From positions 192,001 through 256,000 of the forward strand of contig CAWGMQ010000010.1 in the NCBI GenBank assembly GCA_963823665.1: a stretch of DNA of 64,000 nt. Direction: 5' to 3'. A program made the position numbers and the translations under genes. Origin of the DNA: an uncultured Planctomycetota bacterium. Its GTDB lineage: Bacteria > Planctomycetota > Planctomycetia > Isosphaerales > Isosphaeraceae. The notes beneath the pieces are model-generated. The model worked only from the letters and a program-made list of their open reading frames with translations. It searched no databases and had not been told where the DNA came from. Of this stretch, positions 41,868 to 51,679 are shown piece after piece (position 1 is the stretch's first letter; every line of letters begins with the position of its first letter).

Positions 41868-42878
41868 ATGACAGTCTCCGCAATTCCACGTGTCACACCG
41901 GACTTCCGCACCATGACCACCCAGCCGACATTCTCCGCAGCAGGGCTCCCCGAAAATCTGATCGCTCCCGACGCCCGCACCGCGGTCGCGACGCGAACCT
42001 GCCTCCTCGAAGGCCCCGCTTTCGACTCCGACGGCAGCCTGTATTTCAGCGACATCATCGGCAACCGCATTTACCGTTTGGCGCCCAACGGGTCGCGCAC
42101 GATCTTTCGCGAGGACAGCGGCCGCACGAACGGCAACACGTTTGACGACCAGGGGCGTTTGATCAGTTGCGAGGGAGCCGAGTTCGGACCAGGCGGCCGC
42201 CGCAGGATCGTTCGCACCGAATTGAAGACCGGTGCAATCGAGGTGCTCACCGAGCGATTCGAGGGAAAACGCTACAACAGCCCGAATGATGTCGTCGTCG
42301 ACAGTGTGGGCCGCATCTGGTTCACCGACCCGTACTACTCCGAGGATCGCAGCTCCCTCGAAATGACCGAAGAGGCCGTCTATCGAATCGACCCGGACGG
42401 CTCCGTCGAACGCGTTGTGACCCAGCCCCAGATCGAGCGGCCCAACGGACTGGCAGTCACCCCCGACGACAAGACGCTCTACTTGATCGACAGCCATACC
42501 CGCCCCGGTGGAAACCGCAAAGTCTGGGCGTTCGATCTTGCCCACGACGGCACCTTGAGCGGCCAGCGCCTGGTCTTCGACTTCGGCCGCGGCCGCGGCG
42601 GCGACGGCATGCGGCTCGATGTGCGCGGCAACCTCTGGGTCGCCGCGGGAATCCTGCTGCCTCGCCACGCCGGCGAGACCGATGACGTGCTGGCTGGCGT
42701 TTATGTGATCACACCCAAAGGCGAGCTGCTCGGGCGCATTCCGATTCCCGAGGACCTCTGCACCAATCTGGCCTTCGGAGGGCCGGAGCGAAATCTCCTT
42801 TTCGTGACGGCGGGCAAGACGATTTTCAAGATCCACGTGGCTGTCTCGGGTTACGCTTTATTTCCGCCGTCAAAGTAG
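41868..42878 (+). CDS. SMP-30/gluconolactonase family protein (start may be 41913)
   Basis: LEGP...LYFSDI, NSPNDVV, FTDP, PNGLA, DGMRLD, TNLAFGG. Confidence 0.9.
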   Translation: MTVSAIPRVTPDFRTMTTQPTFSAAGLPENLIAPDARTAVATRTCLLEGPAFDSDGSLYFSDIIGNRIYRLAPNGSRTIFREDSGRTNGNTFDDQGRLISCEGAEFGPGGRRRIVRTELKTGAIEVLTERFEGKRYNSPNDVVVDSVGRIWFTDPYYSEDRSSLEMTEEAVYRIDPDGSVERVVTQPQIERPNGLAVTPDDKTLYLIDSHTRPGGNRKVWAFDLAHDGTLSGQRLVFDFGRGRGGDGMRLDVRGNLWVAAGILLPRHAGETDDVLAGVYVITPKGELLGRIPIPEDLCTNLAFGGPERNLLFVTAGKTIFKIHVAVSGYALFPPSK

Positions 42879-43196
42879 GCCGCTAAGTAGACTCCGAGCC
42901 GCGTCATGCCAAACGAACTCGCTTCGAGAGAATCGTGGCGCTGCGGCGAGCGAGTCATCCTCAAAACGGATTGTCCGTTCGAGGCAACGTAAATAGGCCA
43001 GATGCTAGTCGCCTCACTTCAAATCGGTGTCGTTCAGGCAAGTTGCCCGCAGGTTGCGCCCGCTCTGCACCTCGGGCCGTCAAATGTCGTCCCCCGGACC
43101 TTGTTCCTCATCAGGTCGCCTGTCATCTCGCGATGCATTTTTCACTCATGCATGATCTGAGAAAGTGCGAAGATCGCGTTAAATAGGCGAGATTAG

Positions 43197-43225
43197 TTGA
43201 CATCGACCCCTCTGCCTACTAGCAT
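43197..43225 (+). promoter_or_regulatory. Putative sigma70 promoter for the giant Gly-rich gene
   Basis: TTGACA-N17-TAGCAT. Confidence 0.5.
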
Positions 43226-43619
43226 GATAGTGTGCAGGTAGTATCTTGCGGCGAGTTTTTTCCCCCAAGCATTCCAGCTACGAGCGCGTCGAAGCAGCTC
43301 AACTGTCAGGATCGTCGAAGACAACTGAAGATGTCTGCGACACCGGATGCGTCCGTGGCCGTCCTGCCGGGGCAGAGCACGTTCGCTCAAACTTCTCGGT
43401 GATCCCTCCGCGGCGAAGTCTTCCGTTTGGGCTGACCAATTGCAGTGAGGCATGCCGCGCGAGTTGGTGTTCTATGGTTTGAGCGGTGAAAGCTCGAGAC
43501 CGTCGAAGATCGGGTTGATGTTCACGAGGCAATATCAGCGTTGAGGCGCCCGCCTGCCGATCGACCGTTTCGAGTGGTCGACGATCGCTTATTGTCTCTT
43601 ATTGGTGAGGAGCTTGGCC

Positions 43620-46600
43620 ATGTCCGTGAGCAGACGGCGATCCTGGCTTACAACCCGAGCGCGCTCCACACAACGTAGGCGCCGCCGCCGCTATAGCCCA
43701 CTGTCGCCATGCGGGCTCGGCGACTGGATGCTCGAAGTCCGCTGCCTGCTGAGCACAGCGCCAAGCTCGATCACATCAGAGTTTTCCGTGGCGCGTGGGC
43801 AAACCGAAATCATCAACGTCAGCACGACACCGGTGATTCACCTGAAGGGCAACCTGGATGACCAGGGCACTATCTACCTGGTCTCCACTGATCCGCTGGA
43901 GCAGAGCGCCACCATAACCGCTCAGAACATAATCGAAGGCGCCGGAGCGATGATTACCACCGTGCTCCCGCCGGGCGGTTTGCCCGGCTATAGCAACGCC
44001 ATGAACAATCTCAGTCTGACGCTCGACGCTCAGCATAATGTCGTCATCAACGGCGCCATCACCACCGATGGTGGCGCGATTTTAATCAACGCCGGCGGGA
44101 TGTTATCCGATCGAGCCGTCATCAGTAGCAGCGGCGTGGAACCGGGGCGCGACGCCGGCGACATCGACATCATTGGCGACTCAATTATCATTGACGCGCC
44201 TCTGCTGGCCGTCGGCAGCAATGGGGCGAGCGGAGCAGATGCAACAGCGCCCGGAACGGCCGGAGCAGACGGAGAACCCGGCGGCAAGGGAGGCATGATT
44301 ACGGTAACGGCTACCAACGGTATAACCATCCACGCCGATATTCGAGCCGACGGGGGCAACGGAGGCAACGGAGGCAACGGCAGCGATGGCTCGACCCTCT
44401 CAGGCGGCGCCGGCGGACGGGGTGGCGATGGCGGCGGAGCCCGATCGATCACGTTGACGACCAAGAACGCTGCGATCGACCAAGCTGCGGGCTTCGTGAT
44501 CACCGCCTGGGGTGGCAGCGGCGGCAACGGCGGTGCCGGCGGAAAAGGAGCTACCGCAATCGACGCCAGGGCCGGCGACGGCGGGCGAGGCGGCGACGGC
44601 GGCCTGGCTACGCAGGGCGGTAGCCTTCGAGCCGACTCCGGCGCAGGCAGTATCAAGTTCAGTGGCACGCTCAACTTCAATGGCGGCTCCGGTGGTGGTG
44701 GCGGCTCCGGTGGCGATGGCGGGAGTGGCGTTTCAGCAGGCTTTGCCGGCGGCAACGGCGGCGACACAGGCGCTTCCCAGGGTGGCGCCCTGGGCGGCAT
44801 GATCGACTTGAAAACCAAAAGCGGCGCCATCAGCCTGGCATCGGCCACGGCAAACGGCGGCAATGGCGGGCAGACCGCTGCCAGCGGCGGCGGTGGCGAT
44901 GGCACCATGGGCGGCGCCGGCGGCCTCGTCCTCGATGGCGGAGGCGGCGGCCAGGGCGGGGCGCTGCAACTTGCCTCAAAGAGCGGCGCGATTACCGTTA
45001 CCAACAGCATTGAGTTAAACGGCGGCGCTGGCGGCAGCCAGTTCAGCGATGCGGGCGACGGGGGTGCCGGATCGATCTCGATGGGCGGCGCCGGCGGCAC
45101 CCTCGGTAATGGCGGCGGTGGAGCGAAAGGCGGCATGTTCTCAGCCAAGACCAAGGGCGCCCTCACCATCTCCGGTGCCGTGAGCGCCAAGGGCGGTGCT
45201 GGCGGCAGCTTGTTTGCGCTCGCCGGAAACGGGGGCCAAGGCATAGGCCAAGCGATCGGCGGCGCCGGCGGCGGCCTTCTTGACGGCGGCGCGGGCGGCG
45301 GCGGCGGCTCGGTTACCATCCAGGCGAAGGACAACATCAGCGTTTCCTCACCTCTCGACCTTTCGGGCGGCGCCGGCGGCGCAATGAGCGGCACCGGCGG
45401 CAAGGGCGGCGACGGTCCCAAAGGCGGCGTCGGCGGTAGCTTGGGTGCCAGCGGCAGCGGCGGCGATGGTGGTTCGCTCAACGTCAAAACAAGTAAAATC
45501 CCGCCGAATCGCCTGGAAACCATCACGGTGACTTTCAAGAGCGCTGTCAATGCAGGCGGAGGCGCAGCCGGTATCTATTTCGGCAGAGCCGGAGACGGCG
45601 GCGACGGATCAAGCGGCAACGGCGGCGACGGCGGTGGGACGGGCAATCAGGGCAGCGGCGGCGGCGGCGGCACGATCGAAGTAACCGGACTGAACTTGCA
45701 CATCACTTCCACTGGCTTGCTCTCAGCCAACGGCGGCAGCAACGGTGCGCGTCCCTCAGGCGGAACCAGCATACCTGGCTACGCCGGTATCTCCGGTGAC
45801 GGGGGCAACGGCGGCGACAACGGCAATGGCGGCAATGGCGGGCTTGTCGGCGACGGCGGCTCCGCGGGGAATGGCGGCATGATCCGGCTCGACATACCAG
45901 CAAACCTGACCGTCGACGAAGACATGTTCGGTTCCGACCACATCTCCGCGCGCGGCGGACTGGTATCAGATGATATCGCTCAGAGCGGCAAAGGTGGCAT
46001 GGCTGGCCCTGACGGCAACGACGACTCCGTTGGCGGCAACGGCGGCAGCATCGGCAATAACGGCAGCGCCGGCGACGGTGGGCTGATCCTGATCAAGGGC
46101 GCTGCCGGCGATATCGGCGGCGGCGGCGTTCTGGCGGTAGCCGGCGGTAAAGTTTTCGATATGTCCGCCTCCTCAGGAGCCGGCGGTGATGCAGGAGATT
46201 TTGGCGCCGGCGGGCGCAGCGGCAACATCGGCAATAACGGCGACGCAGGCGATGGCGGCAAGATCATCATTTCGTCTACGGGAGGTACCATCGGTCTGAA
46301 GAACTTGATCGCACCCGGTGGCGATATCGACGGCACGTTCAAACCGCAAACCGGCAACGGTGGCGCGGGTGGCAGCATCGACGGAAACGGCGGCTCGAGC
46401 GGCAACATCGGCGACAATGGCCAGGGAGGAGTCGGCGGATTCATCCAAGAAACCAGTAAGAGCGGCACCATCGGCGTCGTCGGGAAAGTCGAAGGTAAGT
46501 TTGCGAATCTTGTAGCCGCCGGCGGGGTGGTGGCACCCATCATTAAATTGGAAGGCACACCTAGCAGCGTTCTGAACCTTGATATCTATGCACCCTCGCA

Positions 46601-49600
46601 AGCCAAGACCGGGAATGGCGGTGGTGCGGTCGTCGGCAACGGCGGCAGTAGCGGCGACATTGGCACCAACGGCTCCGGTGGTGACGGCGGCGAAGTGGTT
46701 TTGACCACAGTTTCCGGCAATATCAACATGCCCAAAGGAGTGATCGTAACGGCTGGCGGCGATGGCGGCACCGCCTTCAACGTGACAGGCAACGGTGGAT
46801 CGACGCAACAAGGCATAGGCGGCAACAGCGGCAATATCGGCCAAAATAGCGATGGCGGTAAGTCAGGACCGATCACGCTGAAGTCGACATTCGGCAGCAT
46901 TGCCCTCGCTGCCCCCTTGATTCTGCGCGGCGCTATCGCTTCAAATTCAGGCGACCGCACCGGCGATGGTGGCACCTCGATGGACGGCACGGGCGGCAAC
47001 AGCGGGAATATAGGCACTTTCGCATTCGGAGTATTCTTTGCCGGAGGCATCGCGGGTGACGGCGGAAAGCTGACGGAGATTGCCGGCGGCTCCATAACAA
47101 CTTCGGAAGCCAGCGTCGCGACCGGCGGTGATGCCGGCGCCCTTTCCCCGTCGCCTCCGCCAGGGTTCATGCCAGTGTCCCAGTACTATCAGCCTGTAAC
47201 CGGCGACGGCGGAATCGGCACCAGCCAGGGCGGCGACTCGGGCAATATCGGCAGCGCCGGCATTGCCGGCGATGGCGGCGAGGTCGTTTTCAAGACCGTA
47301 AAACCGCCGCCCGAGTCTGGCATAAAGCCCGCTTCACTGAACATTGAACCGGATCGCATTAATGTCAACGGCGGTAACGCCGGTACCCAAGCCCCCCAAC
47401 CTCTGGAGGTCGACGTTTTTGGTGTAACGATTACGTTAACGATTACCATCCCGGCGGGCGACGGCGTAGAGCGCGGTGAGAGCGGCAGTGGCGGTAGTGG
47501 CGACGCCGGAGGAAGCGCCGGAGATGTCGGCGGCGGCGTGGCCGGCGGCGGTGGCGGAACCATTCAAGTTTCTTCGGATGGTTCAATCACCAAGTCTGTC
47601 TACTTCCTGACCGACGGTGGTTACGGCGGCGACCAGGCCGGAACGGGCGGAAGTGGTGGCAAAGCGGCGGGGCCATATGGTGGCGGAACCGGCGGCTCTG
47701 TCGACGGAGCAGGCGATGGTGGGAATGCTGGCAAAATCGAATTGACAGCCCAGAAGGGCATCACCCTTAAAGAGGTTGAGGGCTTCGGCGGCGCCGGCGG
47801 CAACGACGGCCACGGCGCCAGCACCCCGGCCGCCGGCAATGGTGGCGATGGACTGCTTCCAGCGGGCGACGGCGGATACTTGGGTGGCTCCGGTGGAGGT
47901 GGCAAAGGCGGGACCCTGGTCGTGAAGACCCCCCCCATCGTGACCCCCGAGACCAAGGGTCAGACCATCGACGTCGAGGGAAACACGGGCATGAATTTCT
48001 ACGGCGGAAATGGTGGCAGCATGGCCGGCTCCGCGGGCAAAGGCGGCAACAGCACGGGGGACGCGGACTCCGATGGCGTCGGCGGTAACGGCGGCAACTG
48101 CTTGCCATCCGGAGCCGGCGGGCCAGGCGGCTCGATAACCCTTAGCTCACCCGGCGCCGGCGGCAGGGTCGACCTGTTGGAGGGTGCCAGTGTCAATGGG
48201 GGCGATAGCGAGTCTTACACCGCGACAAGCGGCGCGGGCGGTAACGGCACCGGCAGCAAACCCGGCGGCAAGGGCGGCGATTCCGGCGACCAAGGTGATG
48301 GCGGCGGCCCGGGCGCCAACCCCACCATCATGAGTATCAAGATCGAGACCGGCACCTTCACCCTGGCCGCGCGCCAATTCCTCGAAGCCAATGGCGGCGC
48401 AGCCCAAACGTACATAAACACTCCCGGCAACGGCGGCGGCGGCGGCGTTGTTGGTGGCGACGGTGGCTCCGGCGGCAAGACAGGCACCGGCGGAGGCGGC
48501 GGCACTATCCAGATAACGACAGACCGGGCCCTGCAAGTCAACGGCGCAATCTCCGCCAACGGCGGCGAACGCTACGCCATGTCGGACAGTTCCGGCAGCG
48601 GCGGCGATGCGCTTTCGGGATCCCGCGCCATGGGCGGCAACGGCGGTATGATCCCGATTGCCGGCTCCGCCGGTGGCGGCGGCGGCATATCGCTCACGAG
48701 CAAGTTGAGTGACGTGAGCGGTGCAGGCTCGGTGTCTGCCAACGGCGGCATGGTCCAGAACCACCTTGTTGGAGTGCCGCCAGCCCCTGTCATGATCGGC
48801 GGTTCCGGCGGCTCAGGCGGCGCGCTCGGCACGGGCGGGGCCGGCGGCTCGACCGGCGACGGCGCAGGCGCGGGCGACGGCGGTAAGATCACCGTGCAAG
48901 CGAAGAATGGAATCAGTCTAGCGACCTACTCGGCAGACGGCGGATCGGTCTTTGGCACTTACGATGCTAAGGGCGGCAAGGGTGGAGATGATGCCGACGG
49001 CGGTGACGGCAGCACCGGGGGCGCCGGCGGCGGCGCAGGAAACAATGGCAAAGGCGGCGACGGTGGCGCCATTACTCTGGGGAGCTTTGGCGGCATTACC
49101 ATAAACACCGCATCGGCGATCGGCGGATCGGTTGGCGATATGTCGGCTATCGGCGGCGCCGGTGGCAATCAGGTCAGCGGCACTGGCTCCGGCGGCGCCG
49201 GCGGCTCCGTCGCCAACAACGGCAACGGCGGCACCGGCGGCAGAATCAAAATCTCCAAATTATCATTATTTGGCGCGACAAAAGTCGGCCCAATAAAGAC
49301 AACCGGTCGCATCGATGTAAGCGGGGGGTCGGTTGGCGTCTACAGCGCGACAAGCGGCGCCGGCGGTAACGCCGGTCCCGATGGCGGAGCAGGCGGCTCT
49401 GGCGGAATGTTGGGCAGCAATGGTAGAGGCGGCGATGGCAACACGATTGAGATACTGGGCCATGATTTCGCGGTGACGGTCGCTGGCGCATTGGTCGCTG
49501 ACGGCGGCAGCGTGGCAGGGCCTTATACCGGCAAGGCCGGTAACGGCGGCGACGCCACAGGCAGCGGTCTAGGCGACGTCGCCGGTGCCGGAGCAAGTCT

Positions 49601-50363
49601 TGGCAGTAACGGTAGCGCCGGAGGCGGCGGCTCAATCACAGTCTCGTCCAACATCGGGTCAATAACAACGCAGTTGATCTCAGCCAACGGCGGCAGCACA
49701 TCCGCTCAGCAGGGCACCGCGGGCAATGGCGGCACCGGAGGACTACGTGGCGGCATCGGAGGCGCGGTCGGCGGCGACCAGGGCGCCGGCACCGCAGGAG
49801 GGCTCGGCGGCACGCTTGATATTGAGACCGCGTTCGGCCCCATTACGCTCAACGACGATCTCGTAGCCAATGGCTCCGCAGGGGGTGATGTCAACGCCAC
49901 GGCCGGCGCCGGGGGATTTGGCACACAGAAAGGCCTCGACGGAGGCGCCGTAACGCCAGCCGGCGACGGCGGTCGAGGCGGCACGATCACCGTCAAGACC
50001 AAGAAAGGCACCCTGACCATTAACAAGAAGAAGTCCGGCGACCCCATTGTGATATCCACTAACGGGGGCGCCGGCGGCAGCCAGTTGGGCAAGGGGGGCA
50101 AAGGAGGCGACAGCGACCCCACCGACGGCACCGCCGGCAACGGTGGCAGTGCCGGCAAGGCAGGCAACGGAGGCTCTGGTGGCAACATCACCATCAAAGC
50201 GACAAGTAAACCGGCGATCATTAACACGACGGCTGCAGGCGGCGTCAAAGGCAATCTCAACCTGATGGCCTACGGAGCCGGCGGCAACGCCGCGACTCGG
50301 GGCAATGACGGCAAGGTCGATGACTCCGCAATGAATGGAGCTGCCGGTCACATCGAGAAATAA
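43620..50363 (+). CDS. Giant glycine-rich repetitive exported protein (2,247 aa)
   Basis: GAGGAG RBS; Arg-rich N-terminus plus LEVRCLLS export motif; about 30 modules of beta-strands plus (GGx)n; single uninterrupted ORF. Confidence 0.85.
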   Translation: MSVSRRRSWLTTRARSTQRRRRRRYSPLSPCGLGDWMLEVRCLLSTAPSSITSEFSVARGQTEIINVSTTPVIHLKGNLDDQGTIYLVSTDPLEQSATITAQNIIEGAGAMITTVLPPGGLPGYSNAMNNLSLTLDAQHNVVINGAITTDGGAILINAGGMLSDRAVISSSGVEPGRDAGDIDIIGDSIIIDAPLLAVGSNGASGADATAPGTAGADGEPGGKGGMITVTATNGITIHADIRADGGNGGNGGNGSDGSTLSGGAGGRGGDGGGARSITLTTKNAAIDQAAGFVITAWGGSGGNGGAGGKGATAIDARAGDGGRGGDGGLATQGGSLRADSGAGSIKFSGTLNFNGGSGGGGGSGGDGGSGVSAGFAGGNGGDTGASQGGALGGMIDLKTKSGAISLASATANGGNGGQTAASGGGGDGTMGGAGGLVLDGGGGGQGGALQLASKSGAITVTNSIELNGGAGGSQFSDAGDGGAGSISMGGAGGTLGNGGGGAKGGMFSAKTKGALTISGAVSAKGGAGGSLFALAGNGGQGIGQAIGGAGGGLLDGGAGGGGGSVTIQAKDNISVSSPLDLSGGAGGAMSGTGGKGGDGPKGGVGGSLGASGSGGDGGSLNVKTSKIPPNRLETITVTFKSAVNAGGGAAGIYFGRAGDGGDGSSGNGGDGGGTGNQGSGGGGGTIEVTGLNLHITSTGLLSANGGSNGARPSGGTSIPGYAGISGDGGNGGDNGNGGNGGLVGDGGSAGNGGMIRLDIPANLTVDEDMFGSDHISARGGLVSDDIAQSGKGGMAGPDGNDDSVGGNGGSIGNNGSAGDGGLILIKGAAGDIGGGGVLAVAGGKVFDMSASSGAGGDAGDFGAGGRSGNIGNNGDAGDGGKIIISSTGGTIGLKNLIAPGGDIDGTFKPQTGNGGAGGSIDGNGGSSGNIGDNGQGGVGGFIQETSKSGTIGVVGKVEGKFANLVAAGGVVAPIIKLEGTPSSVLNLDIYAPSQAKTGNGGGAVVGNGGSSGDIGTNGSGGDGGEVVLTTVSGNINMPKGVIVTAGGDGGTAFNVTGNGGSTQQGIGGNSGNIGQNSDGGKSGPITLKSTFGSIALAAPLILRGAIASNSGDRTGDGGTSMDGTGGNSGNIGTFAFGVFFAGGIAGDGGKLTEIAGGSITTSEASVATGGDAGALSPSPPPGFMPVSQYYQPVTGDGGIGTSQGGDSGNIGSAGIAGDGGEVVFKTVKPPPESGIKPASLNIEPDRINVNGGNAGTQAPQPLEVDVFGVTITLTITIPAGDGVERGESGSGGSGDAGGSAGDVGGGVAGGGGGTIQVSSDGSITKSVYFLTDGGYGGDQAGTGGSGGKAAGPYGGGTGGSVDGAGDGGNAGKIELTAQKGITLKEVEGFGGAGGNDGHGASTPAAGNGGDGLLPAGDGGYLGGSGGGGKGGTLVVKTPPIVTPETKGQTIDVEGNTGMNFYGGNGGSMAGSAGKGGNSTGDADSDGVGGNGGNCLPSGAGGPGGSITLSSPGAGGRVDLLEGASVNGGDSESYTATSGAGGNGTGSKPGGKGGDSGDQGDGGGPGANPTIMSIKIETGTFTLAARQFLEANGGAAQTYINTPGNGGGGGVVGGDGGSGGKTGTGGGGGTIQITTDRALQVNGAISANGGERYAMSDSSGSGGDALSGSRAMGGNGGMIPIAGSAGGGGGISLTSKLSDVSGAGSVSANGGMVQNHLVGVPPAPVMIGGSGGSGGALGTGGAGGSTGDGAGAGDGGKITVQAKNGISLATYSADGGSVFGTYDAKGGKGGDDADGGDGSTGGAGGGAGNNGKGGDGGAITLGSFGGITINTASAIGGSVGDMSAIGGAGGNQVSGTGSGGAGGSVANNGNGGTGGRIKISKLSLFGATKVGPIKTTGRIDVSGGSVGVYSATSGAGGNAGPDGGAGGSGGMLGSNGRGGDGNTIEILGHDFAVTVAGALVADGGSVAGPYTGKAGNGGDATGSGLGDVAGAGASLGSNGSAGGGGSITVSSNIGSITTQLISANGGSTSAQQGTAGNGGTGGLRGGIGGAVGGDQGAGTAGGLGGTLDIETAFGPITLNDDLVANGSAGGDVNATAGAGGFGTQKGLDGGAVTPAGDGGRGGTITVKTKKGTLTINKKKSGDPIVISTNGGAGGSQLGKGGKGGDSDPTDGTAGNGGSAGKAGNGGSGGNITIKATSKPAIINTTAAGGVKGNLNLMAYGAGGNAATRGNDGKVDDSAMNGAAGHIEK

Positions 50364-50384
50364 GCTGTTGGCGACGACAGAGGG

Positions 50385-50462
50385 CACAAGCGGCAAGAGT
50401 TGTTCGGCCGCCCGGGAGTCGCCCTGTTCGATCGCCCTCAGGATCCCGGGCACCTCACCCAT
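50385..50462 (-). pseudogene. N-terminal 26-codon remnant of an ECF sigma factor (TIGR02999-like)
   Basis: GGAGG RBS; MGEVPGILRAIEQGDSRAAEQLLPLV, then similarity stops where YDELR is expected. Confidence 0.72.
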
Positions 50463-50533
50463 CGTCACTCGCCTCCGGCGTTCGTGGTAAACTGCGTTTG
50501 CTTTGATTGCCAAGATGCTGAAGGAGCCGCGAA

Positions 50534-51490
50534 ATGACGTCGAACCGAAGAGAATTCCTCGCCCTGACCGGGCTCGCCGCCTCATCCTCGCCGTTGAAAA
50601 TGCTTGACCCGCTCGAGCCGCTTCAGGAGCCGGCCAAGCCGCCCGCCCGCAACCCCCGCGCGATCGGCGTTTCGTCTTATTCATTCTGGCAGTTCCGCGG
50701 CGAGCGGCTGGGCATACCCGCCTGCATCGACAAGGCCGCGGCCATGGGCTTCGACGGCGTCGAGATCCTGCACGTGCAGATGGAAGACGAATCGCCCGCA
50801 GCCGTCAACAAGATCAAGCGGCAGGCCCACTCGCTCGGCCTGGCACTGATGGGTTTCTCAACGCACCAGGGTTTCGTCTACTACGACGCCGACGTCCGCC
50901 GCACCAACGTCCAGAAGACGCTCTACCAGATCGAGCTGGCCGCCAGCCTGGGCATCCCCACGATGCGCATCAACACCGGCCGCTGGGGCACGATCAAGTC
51001 GTTCGACGATTTCATGGCCAAGAAGGGAATCGAGCCCGCTCTCGAAGGCTACACGGAGGAGCAGGCATTCGGGTGGGTGATCTCCTCGATCGAGAAGCTG
51101 CTACCCAGGGCCGAGGCTTGCGGAGTCGTCCTCGGCTTGGAGAACCACTGGGGCCTCGGCCGGACGGCCGCCGGCGTGCTGCGAATCGTCGAGGGCATCA
51201 AGTCACCGTGGCTGCAAATGACGCTCGACACCGGCAACTTCCTGGAAAACAGCTACGAGCAAATGGAAAAGATGGCCTCCAGCTCCGTGCCCATCACCCT
51301 CGTGCAAGCAAAGACGTACTTCGGCGGCGGACGATGGTACACACTCGAACTCGACTACGCGCGGATCGCGAAGATCCTGGATAACCACCATTACCGCGGT
51401 TGGATCTCACTGGAATTTGAGGGGAATGAAGACGCCGAGACAGCCGTGCCCAAAAGCCTCGCCATGCTTGAGCAAAAACTCGGCCGCTAA
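50534..51490 (+). CDS. Tat-exported sugar phosphate isomerase/epimerase (TIM barrel)
   Basis: SNRREFL Tat motif; GFDGVE, LENHWG, DTGNF, SLEFEG. Confidence 0.88.
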   Translation: MTSNRREFLALTGLAASSSPLKMLDPLEPLQEPAKPPARNPRAIGVSSYSFWQFRGERLGIPACIDKAAAMGFDGVEILHVQMEDESPAAVNKIKRQAHSLGLALMGFSTHQGFVYYDADVRRTNVQKTLYQIELAASLGIPTMRINTGRWGTIKSFDDFMAKKGIEPALEGYTEEQAFGWVISSIEKLLPRAEACGVVLGLENHWGLGRTAAGVLRIVEGIKSPWLQMTLDTGNFLENSYEQMEKMASSSVPITLVQAKTYFGGGRWYTLELDYARIAKILDNHHYRGWISLEFEGNEDAETAVPKSLAMLEQKLGR

Positions 51491-51540
51491 ACGTCATTTT
51501 TCAATCTAAATGACATTACACGATGATGCGACCAAGATGC

Positions 51541-51633
51541 GTCGCACTGGCTTTGCCAGTGCGCCGTTGTAGCAGGCACACTCCGTGTGCCGTCCGCCGA
51601 GCGTGCCGGTCGGGTCGCACTGGCTTTGGCAGT
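51541..51633. repeat. Cluster of REP-like palindromes between convergent genes
   Basis: gcactggc-ttt-gccagtgc; GTAGcaggcacac-tcc-gtgtgcc; second gtcgcactggctttggcagt. Confidence 0.62.
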
Positions 51634-51679
51634 CTTCCATTCTGGCGTGAATCGCGGTCCCACAATCGCGAAAAGCCGT

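Noticed and set aside
44030..50260. Long Pro-rich minus-strand ORFs
   Set aside because: Antisense shadows of glycine codons.
44200..50300. CRISPR or DNA-level tandem array in the GGCGGC-rich region
   Set aside because: Repeats are codon-level glycine runs within one ORF, with no constant repeat and spacer structure.
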